Source: Deltaproteobacteria bacterium (GTDB taxonomy: Bacteria > Myxococcota > Kuafuiibacteriia > Kuafuiibacteriales > Kuafuiibacteriaceae). From it: a stretch of DNA of 64,000 nucleotides. The stretch spans positions 1 through 64,000 of the forward strand of contig JAVJQW010000017.1 in NCBI GenBank assembly GCA_040218735.1, given 5' to 3'. Position numbers and translations under genes: made by a program. The notes beneath the pieces were generated by a model. That model searched no databases, was not told the DNA's origin, and saw only the letters and a list, made by a program, of their open reading frames with translations. This document shows positions 8,763 through 19,141 of this stretch, in pieces; position 1 is the stretch's first letter; each line of letters opens with the position of its first letter.

Positions 8763-10559
8763 CTACTGCAGCGCCTTCGCGCGGCGCGTGAGCCGCGCGA
8801 GGTCCGCGCGTTTCTGCTCGAGCTCGTTCGAGGACTGCGCCACGGTGATGTCGCGTAAGAGCTGAAGGAGCTCCGCCTGCTTCGCCTTCGGCGCGCCCGA
8901 TCTCATCTTCTGCACGCGCCCCTTCAACGCGGTGAGCCGCGCGTCGAGGCGTTCGATCGTGTCGGGCGTCGGCGCCGCGACCTTCTTCTCGGGCGGCGGC
9001 TTCGTTCGTGTCCGACGCGACCGCGGCGGAGGCGCCGCCACCTCGACGGGCGCGACCCGCTCGGGCTCGGTGGGCGGCGGGGGCGCAGGCAGCTCCGCGA
9101 CGCTCGGTCGCGGTGTGCTGACCACCGCGCGGCGCGGTGACGTCGGCGCGTGCACGACCGGCTCCTCGAGCGCGCGCACCGCGATGACCGCGACGATCGC
9201 GCCGACGGCCGTCGCGATGCCGAGGCCCGCCGCGAACACGCCGACCGAGACGCTGCGTTTCTTGGGGGGAGCCCAGTGGGTGTCGCCCTTGATGCTCACG
9301 ATGCTCGACGTCGACGTCGTCATCGGGCGGTCCTTCACGAGCACGCGGGTGTCGGGTGCGAGGCTCGGATCGATCGACGCGAGCTCCGTCGCAGCGGTGC
9401 CCTCCGGGATCTGCGTGACGGGGACGGCCCCGACCGTCGGCTCGCGCGCGGCGGGGAGCGGGCGGCTGGGGTTGGGCCGGTGCTCCGTGGGGACGAGCTC
9501 CGGCGGGAGGATGCCGTCGCGCATCCCGAAGACCCGCGTGGGGCGGACGTCGAACGACTCACCTTCCACGGGGAGCATCATCAGCGCGCGGATCTCTTCC
9601 TCGCGTTGTTGGCGCGTGCTGCCGAAGAGATCTTCGAGGAGCGAGCGCATGCCCCCGCGTGCGTCGGACGGCGGGACGACGCTGCGGAGATCTTCGAGGA
9701 ACGCCTGCGCGGTCGGGTAGCGCTCGTCGCGGTCGATGCGGAGCGCCTTTTCGATCACGGCGTCGAGTCCCGGCGGGACGTCGGGCCGGTACCGTGACGG
9801 CGGGACGAAGGTCGGCGCGGTCGACGCCTTCATCATCGCGGGGAGCGGTCCACGTTTGATGAAGTTCCTGAGCGCGAGCATCTCGAACGCGACGACGCCC
9901 ATCGCGTAGACGTCCGCGCGCGCGTCGACGCGCTCGCCGCGCGCCTGCTCGGGCGGCATGTACCCGACGGAGCCCATCACGACGCCGGTGCGCGTCCGCC
10001 AGCTCTGCGCGTTCGACTTACCGAGGCCGAGATCGATGAGGCGCATCAGGCCGTCCTCGCCGACCATCAGGTTCTTCGGCGACAGATCCCGGTGCACGAT
10101 CTCCAGCGGCTTCTTCGACTTGGGATCCACCGCGGTGTGGAGCGCGTGCAGCCCCGCGAGCCCGCCCGCGATGAGATCGGCGACGGAGGCGACGGAGGCG
10201 TGGTGCCCGGAGTCGAGGATCGCGTCGAGCACCGCGGACAGCGGCCACCCCGCGACGTAGTCCATACAGATGTAGAGCGTTTCGCCGACGGCGCCCACGT
10301 CGTACACCCGCGCGACGTGCGGGCTGTCGACGGCCACGGCGACGGCGGCTTCGTGTTTGAAGCGGCTGACGAAGCCCTTGCGGTTGGCGAGCTCGCCGTG
10401 GAGGCGTTTGACCACGACGGGGCTCGGGATGCCCCGACCGGTGTCGGTGGGACGCGCGAGGTGCACGTCGCCCATGGCACCACGCCCCAGGGCCTTGACC
10501 AGGACGTACCCGCCAAAGATCTGCGGTCGCGGCGTCTCCTCTGACGCCCCGGCGGTCAC
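8763..10559 (-). CDS. Membrane Ser/Thr protein kinase (Pkn type)
   Basis: LGRGAMG, VVKRL, HRDLSPKN, DLG, GYMPPE; TM helix and Pro-rich tail. Confidence 0.95.
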   Translation of the reverse strand: MTAGASEETPRPQIFGGYVLVKALGRGAMGDVHLARPTDTGRGIPSPVVVKRLHGELANRKGFVSRFKHEAAVAVAVDSPHVARVYDVGAVGETLYICMDYVAGWPLSAVLDAILDSGHHASVASVADLIAGGLAGLHALHTAVDPKSKKPLEIVHRDLSPKNLMVGEDGLMRLIDLGLGKSNAQSWRTRTGVVMGSVGYMPPEQARGERVDARADVYAMGVVAFEMLALRNFIKRGPLPAMMKASTAPTFVPPSRYRPDVPPGLDAVIEKALRIDRDERYPTAQAFLEDLRSVVPPSDARGGMRSLLEDLFGSTRQQREEEIRALMMLPVEGESFDVRPTRVFGMRDGILPPELVPTEHRPNPSRPLPAAREPTVGAVPVTQIPEGTAATELASIDPSLAPDTRVLVKDRPMTTSTSSIVSIKGDTHWAPPKKRSVSVGVFAAGLGIATAVGAIVAVIAVRALEEPVVHAPTSPRRAVVSTPRPSVAELPAPPPPTEPERVAPVEVAAPPPRSRRTRTKPPPEKKVAAPTPDTIERLDARLTALKGRVQKMRSGAPKAKQAELLQLLRDITVAQSSNELEQKRADLARLTRRAKALQ

Positions 10560-10752
10560 TGCGGCGAGATTACCGCCGATTCAGCCCCTTCGGCAAAGTC
10601 GGCGCCGGCGTCGGGTTCGTGATCGCGGTCACACGACGCAATGCGTCCAGCCCAAGCCGGTCGAAGCACGGTAGGACACTCAGACGTCACGAAGACTTGA
10701 CCCCAGGGCCTCCCCGCAGGAAAGGAGGCTCGGGGCAATTTCGGGTTCAGGG

Positions 10753-12204
10753 ATGACCGACGCACACTCATACCGACAAAAGCTCATACTGCTGCTGCTC
10801 GACGTCCTGATGTTCGTGACCGCCTTCGTGGCGGCGATGTGGGTTCGTTTCAATGCGAACCTCTCGATCTTCGAGTTCGGGCGGCCACCTTGGGAGCCGA
10901 TGATCAACAGCCTCCCGATCATGTTCGGGATTTGGCTCGTCACGCTCGCCGGCTGCGGGCTGTACCGCCTGGAGCGCAACCGGCTCTTCTTCGAGCTCGC
11001 GCGTCTGGTGCAGGCGCTGCTGATCGTGACCGGTATCCTGGCGTTCGTCGTCTTCTTCTACCGCGGGTTCAGCTACTCCCGTGGTTTTGCGCTCGTCTTC
11101 ATCTCGTTCTTGCTGGTGTCGACCTTCTTCGGTCGCGTCCTGTTCCGTGTGGTGCGGACGCGCCTCGAGCAGCTCGACCGCTCGCGCAATCGTGTCCTGC
11201 TGGTCGGGATGTCGCCGGTCGCGGAGCACCTCGCGTCGACGATCAACGCGCAGGAGCACCTCGGCATGTTCGTGGTGGGCGCGCTCGACGACGAGACCCC
11301 GAAGGGCCACGCGCTCTCCCACGATGTCCAGGTCCTGGGCGGCACCGAAGACCTCGCCGAGGTCGCGGAGGCGCACGACGTCCGCGGCATCGTGATCACC
11401 AACCCGCGCATGGACGACGGCCAGCAGATGGCGCTCCTCGACGTGTGCCTCGCGCGCAACCTCGAGTGGATGGCGGTCCCCTCGGCCTACGAGCTGATGC
11501 TCGACCGCGTCGAGCTCGAAGCGGTGGCCGGTGTCCCGATCCTCTCGCTCCGTCGCTGCAACATCCGCGGCGGTAACCGGCTGATGAAGCGCACGTTCGA
11601 CGTCGTCGTCGCGTCGCTCGGTGTGCTGCTCGTTTCGCCGCTGATGCTGATGGTCGCGGCGCTGATCAAGCTGACCTCGAAGGGGCCGGTGTTCTTCTCG
11701 CAGATGCGCATCGGCGAGAACGCGCAGCCGTTCCGCTTCTACAAGTTCCGCTCGATGCACGTCGACAATGACGACAGCATCCACCGCGCGTACACGAAGA
11801 AGCTGATCGAGGAAGGCGCCGCCGCCGGCAAGGAAGACGACACCGGCGACCTCGTCTACAAGATCCAGGACGACCCGCGCCTCATCCCGATCGGCGCGTT
11901 CATCCGCAAGTACTCGATCGACGAGCTGCCGCAGCTGTTCAACGTCATCCGCGGGGACATGTCGCTCATCGGACCGCGCCCGCCGGTGCCGTACGAGGTC
12001 GACGTCTACCGCGAGTGGCACCGCCGCCGCTTCGAGGGGCCGCCCGGAATCACCGGCCTGTGGCAGGTCTCGGGGCGCAATCGGCTCAGCTTCGACGAGA
12101 TGGTGAAGCTGGACATCGAGTACCTGGAGAACTGGAGCTTCATGCGGGATCTCCAGATCCTCTGGCGCACGATGGGCGTCGTATTGTTCGACAGAGCGTA
12201 CTGA
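10753..12204 (+). CDS. Undecaprenyl-phosphate sugar phosphotransferase (WcaJ/WbaP family)
   Basis: N-terminal TM helices; KRTFD, YKFRSM, DDPR, SIDELPQLFNVIRGDMSLIGPRP, PGITGLWQVSGR. Confidence 0.95.
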   Translation: MTDAHSYRQKLILLLLDVLMFVTAFVAAMWVRFNANLSIFEFGRPPWEPMINSLPIMFGIWLVTLAGCGLYRLERNRLFFELARLVQALLIVTGILAFVVFFYRGFSYSRGFALVFISFLLVSTFFGRVLFRVVRTRLEQLDRSRNRVLLVGMSPVAEHLASTINAQEHLGMFVVGALDDETPKGHALSHDVQVLGGTEDLAEVAEAHDVRGIVITNPRMDDGQQMALLDVCLARNLEWMAVPSAYELMLDRVELEAVAGVPILSLRRCNIRGGNRLMKRTFDVVVASLGVLLVSPLMLMVAALIKLTSKGPVFFSQMRIGENAQPFRFYKFRSMHVDNDDSIHRAYTKKLIEEGAAAGKEDDTGDLVYKIQDDPRLIPIGAFIRKYSIDELPQLFNVIRGDMSLIGPRPPVPYEVDVYREWHRRRFEGPPGITGLWQVSGRNRLSFDEMVKLDIEYLENWSFMRDLQILWRTMGVVLFDRAY

Positions 12205-12241
12205 TCGCGCTCCGCACCGGGACGCGTTAGCATCCCGGGCG

Positions 12242-13564
12242 ATGACCGACGGTCAGACCATCGAACATCGGCCCGCGAGTGTCCCGGTCCAGAGCCTCGC
12301 GGTGGAGGTGATCACGGGGGCAGACGCCGGGCGCGGCAAGACCAACGTCGGTAAGCTCAGCATCGGGACGAGCGAAGCCAACGACCTCGTCCTCACCGAC
12401 GACACCGTCTCGCGCTACCACGTCGAGCTGTCGCACGTGGACGGGCGCATCCAGGTCCGCGACCTCGACTCCACCAACGGCACCGTCATCGGGCGTGCGA
12501 CGCTCGGCACCGCGTTCGTGGAGCCCAACGCCGTCCTCAAGCTCGGCAAGACGGAGATCCGCGTCCTCGACGGCGAGACCGTCCCGATGGAGCTCATCGC
12601 CGGGGAGTCCTTCTCCGGCGTGCGCGGCAAGACGGCCGCGATGCGCGCGCTGATGCACAAGGCGGAGCGCGTCGCGCAGACCGACGCCTCGGTCCTCCTC
12701 CAGGGTGAGACCGGCACCGGCAAGGAGGTCTTCGCGCGTGCGATCCACGAGTCGAGCCTGCGCGCCGGCGGCCCGTTCGAGACCGTCGACTGCGGCTCGT
12801 TGCACTCCTCGCTCATCCAGAGCGAGCTCTTCGGACACGAGCCGGGCGCGTTCACCGGCGCGAACGATCGCTACATCGGCGCGTTCGAGCGCGCGAACGG
12901 CGGGACGATCTTCCTCGACGAGATCGGCGAGCTGTCCTCGCAGCTGCAACCCATGTTGCTCGGTGCGCTCGAGCGGCGTTCGTTCCGGCGCGTCGGCGGC
13001 TCGGAGCAGATCGCCGTCGACGTCCGCGTGATCACCGCGACGAACCGCGAGCTGCGCGAGGCGATCAACAAGGGCACGTTCCGCGAAGACCTCTACTTCC
13101 GCATCGGCGTCGTCACGCTGCACCTCCCGGCGCTCCGCGAACGCGTCGGCGACATCCCGATGCTCATCGAACACTTCGCGCGCTCCGCGGGGCACGACAT
13201 CGCGTTCGATGAGCTCGTCGAGGCCGACGAGGTCGACGACCTGATGCAGTACGCGTGGCCGGGGAACGTGCGCGAGCTGCGGAACTTCGTCGAGGCGACG
13301 CTCGCCATGGGCGAGGCGCCGAAGCTCGAGAGCAACGACGATGGCGAGGTATCGGGGAACAAGGGCTGGTCGAAGCTCGGGTTGGAGAGCCTCATCCGAC
13401 GCCCCTACAAAGAAGCGCGCCGGCTGGTGCTCGACGAGTTCGAAGACCTCTACTTCTCGGCGCACCTCGACCGCGCGGGCGGCAACGTCGCGAAGGCGGC
13501 GCGCAACGCCGAGATGAACCGCTCGTACCTGCTCGACCTCCTCAAGCGCCGCGGCATTCGTTGA
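12242..13564 (+). CDS. FHA-domain sigma54-dependent transcriptional activator
   Basis: FHA (VSRYH, DLDSTNGT), GETGTGKE, GAFTGA, FLDEIGE, WPGNVRELRN, C-terminal Fis-type HTH. Confidence 0.95.
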   Translation: MTDGQTIEHRPASVPVQSLAVEVITGADAGRGKTNVGKLSIGTSEANDLVLTDDTVSRYHVELSHVDGRIQVRDLDSTNGTVIGRATLGTAFVEPNAVLKLGKTEIRVLDGETVPMELIAGESFSGVRGKTAAMRALMHKAERVAQTDASVLLQGETGTGKEVFARAIHESSLRAGGPFETVDCGSLHSSLIQSELFGHEPGAFTGANDRYIGAFERANGGTIFLDEIGELSSQLQPMLLGALERRSFRRVGGSEQIAVDVRVITATNRELREAINKGTFREDLYFRIGVVTLHLPALRERVGDIPMLIEHFARSAGHDIAFDELVEADEVDDLMQYAWPGNVRELRNFVEATLAMGEAPKLESNDDGEVSGNKGWSKLGLESLIRRPYKEARRLVLDEFEDLYFSAHLDRAGGNVAKAARNAEMNRSYLLDLLKRRGIR

Positions 13565-13571
13565 TCGTTTC

Positions 13572-14930
13572 GTGACCCAGCTGACCTACCGGCTCCGGGA
13601 ACGCATCGGCCGCGGGGCGACCGCGGAGGTGTTCGCGGGCGTGGGCGTCGGCGAGCTGGGCTTCGAGAAGGAGGTCGCGATCAAGCGACTCCTCGCGGAG
13701 CACGTCGACGACGAGACTTCGATGGAGCAGTTCGTCGCGGAGGCGCAGCTCGTCAGCCAGCTCCACCACGTGGGCATCGTCGAGGTGATCGACTTCGGCG
13801 TCTGGGACGGCCTCCCGTTCCAGGTGTTGGAGCTCATCGAAGGGCTCAACCTCAAAGAGGCGTTGAAGCGCGCGGGGGATGCGCCGGTGCCGTTGGCGGT
13901 CGCGCTGCACATCGTTCGCGAAGTCGCGATCGCGCTCGACTACGTGCACCACGCGACGAACGAAGCGGGCAAGCCGCTCCGTATCGTCCACCGTGACATC
14001 AACCCCAGCAACGTGATGGTCAGCTGGACCGGGCACGTGAAGGTGACCGACTTCGGGATCGCGCGCGCGTTTCGGCGGCGCCGCTACACCGAGGCGGGCG
14101 TCGTCCGCGGGACGCTTCAGTACATGGCGCCCGAGCAGCTCCGCGCCGAACCCGTCTCGCCGCGCACCGACATCTTTGCGCTGGGGTGTGTGCTCCACGA
14201 GCTCGCAGCGGGGGCGAGCCCGTTGGAGGAGACGATCGCGCGCGAGCACATCGTGGCCGGGCGTAACATCGACCTGTCGACGCTCCCCGAAGCGCTGCAA
14301 CCCATCGTGGATCGCGCCACGCGCGTTCGCCCGGCGGAGCGTTACACACGCGCGATGGAGCTCGCGGAGGCGTGTCAATCTGTCTTGCAGAGCCTCGACG
14401 AGCGCGACGCCCGTCAGCACACGGCGGGTTGGCTCGCGGACCTCACGGAGGACGACACGACGCAGCCCCCCGAGCCCTACGAGATCGGGCTGCTGCCGAC
14501 GTTCGACGGCGAGACACGTCGTTACACCGCAGAGGACCTCGCCAAGCTCGAGGGGCCCACCGTCGGACACGGCGCGGCGGTCGTCCACGACGCGCACCAC
14601 GAGGTGCCGACGCTGCACGAGGAAGAAGAGACGCGCCTGCAACGTAAGTTGCCGATCGCTCGGTCGGTGAGCGAGACCATCCCGACCGCGGACGGCGAGC
14701 AGTCGATCCTCAACCCCGAGACGGTCCCGCTCGATCTGGAGGTCGAGCCGGCGCCCACGCGGTTGCAAACACCGACTTCGGTGCCACCGACGGTGCGGCG
14801 ACGTGGGCCAACCGACCCACTCCCCGCCCAGAGACGTCCGATGCCGGCGTGGGTCTCCTATCTGATCCTGGCGGGGATCGCGGTCGGCACGGCGGGCGTC
14901 GCGTACGTGTTGTTGAACGCGATCCGGTGA
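13572..14930 (+). CDS. Ser/Thr protein kinase with C-terminal TM anchor
   Basis: IGRGATA, VAIK, HRDINPSN, DFG, YMAPE. Confidence 0.95.
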   Translation: MTQLTYRLRERIGRGATAEVFAGVGVGELGFEKEVAIKRLLAEHVDDETSMEQFVAEAQLVSQLHHVGIVEVIDFGVWDGLPFQVLELIEGLNLKEALKRAGDAPVPLAVALHIVREVAIALDYVHHATNEAGKPLRIVHRDINPSNVMVSWTGHVKVTDFGIARAFRRRRYTEAGVVRGTLQYMAPEQLRAEPVSPRTDIFALGCVLHELAAGASPLEETIAREHIVAGRNIDLSTLPEALQPIVDRATRVRPAERYTRAMELAEACQSVLQSLDERDARQHTAGWLADLTEDDTTQPPEPYEIGLLPTFDGETRRYTAEDLAKLEGPTVGHGAAVVHDAHHEVPTLHEEEETRLQRKLPIARSVSETIPTADGEQSILNPETVPLDLEVEPAPTRLQTPTSVPPTVRRRGPTDPLPAQRRPMPAWVSYLILAGIAVGTAGVAYVLLNAIR

Positions 14931-14940
14931 AGCTACGCTG

Positions 14941-16164
14941 ATGGCCGTGAAGCGCGCGGCACTGATCGCGCTCGCCGCGACGGCGTGCGCCCAGGACCCG
15001 CTGCTGATCGCGCCGCCGTGGGACGACGAGGCGCAAGTCGTCTTGCTCGTGGACGGAGAGGTTCGCTCCGTCATCGCCGGTCAGTCGGCGGCGTTCGACT
15101 TCGACGACGTCGTGGATCGCGAGCTCGTCGCCCTCGCCTACCCGTCCACGGCGTCGGGCCTCCCGGACCTGGCGACGTGCGGTGTGACGCTGGACGGCGG
15201 CGACGTGCTGCCGCCCGCGAACGCTGCGTGGCGCGTCGTGGTGCGCGACGACACCGACCGCCCGACCTTCGAGCCGAGCGATGTGCGCCCCGCGCTCGCG
15301 CTCCTTCGCTGCACGTACGACCCCTGCCCCGAGACCACGACGGCGTCCTGGCCGCTGGGGGACGAAGACGACGAGATCCGCGGCCTCACGTTCCTCCCGG
15401 ACGGTGACCTCCTCATCGCGCTCGGCGACGCGGATCGCGGCGGGGAAGTCATCCGGTGGCGCGACGGCGAGCCGGTGTGGCGCCACACGTACGACGACTA
15501 CGTCAAAGGCATCGGGTGGGACGGCGCGGAGAAGATCTACGCCGGCATGGGTCAGTCCCTCGTGGCGCTCGACCTCGAAGGCCGAACCGCGACACCGGCG
15601 CGGACGTTCGACGACGTCGAGCAGGTGCGCAGCGACGGCGTCGGCGGTGTCGCGGTGCGGAGGCAGTCCGGAATCGCGTCGGTGGACGGCGCGTGGCCCG
15701 ACCTCGCCGGCGACTTCCACGCACTCGCGATCGTGCCCGGCGGCACGGGCCTGGCGGCCGACAGCCGCGGGCTCTGGCGGCTCGACGGGGGCTGGCTGCT
15801 CGAGTTCCGCGACGCCGCGTTCGGCAACGTCGGCGGCGACGAACAGACCCTGGTCGCGTTGAACGAAGTGGGCGAGCGCATCACTTTCACGAACGGACGT
15901 TGGGAGGACTTCGAGGGCCCTGACACTCCCGGCCTCCTGGTCGTCCGCGGACGCGGCGACGGGCGCCTCGTGCTCGCCGGCAATCTGGGGCAGCTCCGCT
16001 TCGCGGAGGGTGACGGCTGGTGCGCCGCGCCGACCGGCACGGGTCAACGCATCGAGTCCCTGGCGGTGAGCTACGACGGACGGACGTTCGCGGTCGGCGG
16101 TGCGCCGTCGGAGGAACACCCGGACGAAACCCCCGTGTTAGCGATCGTCAGCGTCCTCGACTGA
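14941..16164 (+). CDS. Lipoprotein, probable beta-propeller
   Basis: Lipobox ATAC; repeated beta-strand units with Trp (LTFLPDGDLLIA, LAVSYDGRTFAVGG). Confidence 0.7.
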   Translation: MAVKRAALIALAATACAQDPLLIAPPWDDEAQVVLLVDGEVRSVIAGQSAAFDFDDVVDRELVALAYPSTASGLPDLATCGVTLDGGDVLPPANAAWRVVVRDDTDRPTFEPSDVRPALALLRCTYDPCPETTTASWPLGDEDDEIRGLTFLPDGDLLIALGDADRGGEVIRWRDGEPVWRHTYDDYVKGIGWDGAEKIYAGMGQSLVALDLEGRTATPARTFDDVEQVRSDGVGGVAVRRQSGIASVDGAWPDLAGDFHALAIVPGGTGLAADSRGLWRLDGGWLLEFRDAAFGNVGGDEQTLVALNEVGERITFTNGRWEDFEGPDTPGLLVVRGRGDGRLVLAGNLGQLRFAEGDGWCAAPTGTGQRIESLAVSYDGRTFAVGGAPSEEHPDETPVLAIVSVLD

Positions 16165-16261
16165 CAAGACAGTTCGTCTTGACACTGCCGCTGGCGCGGC
16201 GGCGCGATCGAGTCATTCAGCGGAGTTGCGGCGTGGATCATGCCTCGCAAAGTGGTGGGGC

Positions 16262-16705
16262 GTGCACGAGGAGACCCGCACGTTGCTGGCCCACGCTTCC
16301 TCCGGCCTCGTCGGCCCGGAGGGTCGGCTCCGCTTCGACCTGCGCGTCCTCGCGTGTGTCGTCGAGCGCGCACGGGCGCAGGTCCTCGATCGACACGCCG
16401 ACCCCGCGCAGCTCAAGGGTCTGCTGAAGCTCGTCGCCGTGTTGCGCGACGGGCGTGGTCCGGTCGCGGCGCAGCAGCTCCAGGACGCGCTCCGTGACTG
16501 CCCGGAGGTGGTCGAGCACCTCCGCGCCCAGCGCGGCACCGGGCGCGCCGCACAGCGACGGCGCCAGGCCGCAGCAGCGCTCGGCGCGGGGCGCTGGCGT
16601 GCGCCGCGCGTCGATGACGCCGCGCCGAAAGGCACGATCCCCCTTCACCGTTTCCGGCCGGCCGTGCAGGCGCGGTCGCCCATGTCCAGGAGGATGACGA
16701 GATGA
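16262..16705 (+). CDS. Hypothetical protein coupled to the LysM-muramidase gene
   Basis: Helical ORF; its stop overlaps the next ATG (ATGA at 16702-16705). Start uncertain (GTG 16262). Confidence 0.55.
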   Translation: MHEETRTLLAHASSGLVGPEGRLRFDLRVLACVVERARAQVLDRHADPAQLKGLLKLVAVLRDGRGPVAAQQLQDALRDCPEVVEHLRAQRGTGRAAQRRRQAAAALGAGRWRAPRVDDAAPKGTIPLHRFRPAVQARSPMSRRMTR

Positions 16706-18309
16706 GTAGTGACACTGGTTCAGTCGGCGGAGGCCCCTCGGGGGCAGGCGGAGCAGGCGGTCCCACCGGTAGCGAGAGCACCGGGAGCGACGACAGCAGC
16801 CCCGGCGCGGAGGCGGGTGCGGCGGCGGGCGAGGCGCCCGATACTTCGGCGGACGACGTCGGCGACACGATCGCGGGCACGGACGGCGTGGACGGCACGG
16901 ACGAACCGTCGTCCGATGACGACAACGCCCAAGCCGCGGCGGACGAAGCGGCCGCGACGGCGGAGATTGCGGCCGAGAAGAAGTCGATGGAGGAGATCGG
17001 ACAGGCCGCCGCAGACGAGGCTGAGACGATCGCCGAGATGACGGCCGAGAAGAAGGCGAAGGACGACGCGCAGGCGGCCGCCGACGAGGCCGCGATGACG
17101 GCGGAGATCGTCGCCGAGAAGGCGTCGATGGAGGAGATCGGGCAGGCCGCCGCAGACGAGGCCGACGCGATCGCGGAGATCGTCGCCGAGAAGAAGGCGA
17201 TGGAGGAGATCGGGCAGGCCGCCGCGGACGAGGACGACGCGATCGCGGAGATGACGGCCGAGAAGAAGGCGAAGGACGACGCGCAGGCCGCGGCCGACGA
17301 GGCGGCGAAGATCGCGGCGATCGCGGCGGACCTCGGTGTGAAGGCCGACGACCTCGCGGCGCTCGTCGACGGCGCGAAGAAGGCGGACGCGCCGGCGAGC
17401 CACACGGTCGTCGCGGGCGACACGCTCGGTCACATCGCGGCGGCGCACGGCGTGTCGCTGTCGGACGTCCTCGCGAAGAACCCCGAGATCACGAACCCGG
17501 ATCGGATCGAGGTCGGCCAGCAGATCGATCTGCCGGCGGGCGCGCAGAAGACGGACGTCGCGGCGGCGCAGTCGGCGCTCGCGGCGGCCGGTTACGCGGT
17601 CGGTCCGATCGACGGGATCGCGGGGCCGAAGACGGAGGCCGCGGTGCGGAGCTTCCAGCGCGCGAACGGGTTGAAGGCGACGGGGCTGATCGACGGGCCC
17701 ACCGCGAAGGCACTCTCCGCGCCGGCGCAGACGCCGACGCCCGCCTCGATCGCCGGGCCCACCGCGATCGCCGCGGCGTCGACGCCGGGCCCGCTCGGCG
17801 CGCTCCTCGATCGGATCGCGCTCGGCGAAGGCACCGGCCAAGCGAAGGCGGCCAAGCACGGCTTCAAGAGCGGGTACGACGTGACGCTGGGGTACGGCGC
17901 GTACACGCCGTCTTCGTTGAAGGGCAAGAATCTCACCGACATGACGCTCGGTGAGGTGAAGCAGCTGCAGGCCGGGATCTTGAACAACCCAAAGAACCCG
18001 CACAACTCGAGCGCGGTCGGGCGGTACCAGATCGTGGGCGAGACGTTGCGTGGGCTGCAGCGCCAGATGGGCATCCCGGACTCGGCGCGGTTCACACCGG
18101 CGCTGCAGGATCAGATGGCGACGCGCCTCGTCGAGGGGCGCGGGCTGAAGTCCTTCCAGTCCGGGCGCCTGTCGGCGCGCGGGTTCCAGGCCAACCTCGC
18201 GAGGGAGTGGGCGTCGATCGCCTCCCCGCGGACGGGCACATCACACTACGGGCAAGCCACGGGCACGAGCACGGCGCAGATCCAGGCGCTCCTCTCGGGT
18301 CTCCGTTGA
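16702..18309 (+). CDS. Peptidoglycan hydrolase: acidic repeat region + LysM + PG-binding domain + lambda-lysozyme-like muramidase
   Basis: LysM HTVVAGDTLGHIA...NPDRIEVGQQIDLP; PG_binding_1 GPIDGIAGPKTEAAVRSFQ; lysozyme IALGEGT, SSAVGRYQI, FTPALQD, EWASI. Confidence 0.85.
   Translation: MSSDTGSVGGGPSGAGGAGGPTGSESTGSDDSSPGAEAGAAAGEAPDTSADDVGDTIAGTDGVDGTDEPSSDDDNAQAAADEAAATAEIAAEKKSMEEIGQAAADEAETIAEMTAEKKAKDDAQAAADEAAMTAEIVAEKASMEEIGQAAADEADAIAEIVAEKKAMEEIGQAAADEDDAIAEMTAEKKAKDDAQAAADEAAKIAAIAADLGVKADDLAALVDGAKKADAPASHTVVAGDTLGHIAAAHGVSLSDVLAKNPEITNPDRIEVGQQIDLPAGAQKTDVAAAQSALAAAGYAVGPIDGIAGPKTEAAVRSFQRANGLKATGLIDGPTAKALSAPAQTPTPASIAGPTAIAAASTPGPLGALLDRIALGEGTGQAKAAKHGFKSGYDVTLGYGAYTPSSLKGKNLTDMTLGEVKQLQAGILNNPKNPHNSSAVGRYQIVGETLRGLQRQMGIPDSARFTPALQDQMATRLVEGRGLKSFQSGRLSARGFQANLAREWASIASPRTGTSHYGQATGTSTAQIQALLSGLR
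16930..17331 (+). repeat. Six in-frame 69-72 bp repeats encoding QAAADE...AE..AEKK units
   Basis: Recurring CAGGCCGCCGC(A/G)GACGAGG; two alternating subtypes ending SMEEIG/AMEEIG or AKDDA. Confidence 0.9.
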
Positions 18310-18332
18310 CGCGGCGCCGCCGCGATCGGTGA

Positions 18333-19121
18333 ATGGCGGCCATGGTCCCGGTCGTCCTCGCACTGGTCGCGGCGGCCCCCGTTCGTATCGGCTACGTGGT
18401 CGAGCTCCCGGCCGAGGCCACGCGCAATGACATCGACGCGACGATGTCCGCGATCGTCGATGCGAGGCACGGCGTCGAGCTGCTCACCCGTACCGTGTTC
18501 GACGCGAGCGAGGCGCGGACCTGCGGCGCCGACGTCGAGTGCCTCGCGCGCGAGCTCCGCTACGACGAAGTGGACCTCGTCGCGATCGTCGTCGGTGCGC
18601 CCGTCGGCGACGGCGTTCGGATCGTGTCGCGGCTGCTGGACACACGGCGGGCCGAGATCGTCGCGCGCGACGCACGCACGGGACGGCCGCCGCTCGACGA
18701 CGCGTTCCGCGCGAGCATCGAACAGCTCCTCGACGTGCACCGGATCCCCAGGCTGGGCCGGCTCACGATCGCACCGGCGCTCGCGGACGCGCGAGTCCTG
18801 GTCGAAGACGACGCCAACGCGTCCGTCGCCGTCGGCTTCGGGCCCCACGTCCTCCCGCCCGGTCGCTACCGCGTCCGCGCCACGCGCGAGGACCACGAGC
18901 CCTTCACGTCGGACGTCGATGTCACAGGCGGCGACGAAGCCCGCGTCGACCTCCGCTTCGCACCGGTCGAGCCGGGGTGGTACGCATCGCCGTGGTTCTG
19001 GGTCGTGACCGCGGGCGTCGTCGTCGGCGGGGCGCTGGTCGGCGTGGCGGTCGCCTCGTCGGGCGGGGACCGGTGTGTCTGCATCGGCCGCGATCCGATG
19101 CAGTGCCCGCCGCCGTGTTGA
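18333..19121 (+). CDS. PEGA domain-containing membrane protein
   Basis: LPPGRYRVRATREDHEPF PEGA-like segment; WYASPWFW followed by a TM helix, typical of myxobacterial PEGA proteins. Confidence 0.8.
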   Translation: MAAMVPVVLALVAAAPVRIGYVVELPAEATRNDIDATMSAIVDARHGVELLTRTVFDASEARTCGADVECLARELRYDEVDLVAIVVGAPVGDGVRIVSRLLDTRRAEIVARDARTGRPPLDDAFRASIEQLLDVHRIPRLGRLTIAPALADARVLVEDDANASVAVGFGPHVLPPGRYRVRATREDHEPFTSDVDVTGGDEARVDLRFAPVEPGWYASPWFWVVTAGVVVGGALVGVAVASSGGDRCVCIGRDPMQCPPPC

Positions 19122-19141
19122 GCGCGCGGACGCAGCAGCAC

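Noticed and set aside
16702-18309. Prophage endolysin
   Set aside because: No holin, structural or replication phage genes nearby.
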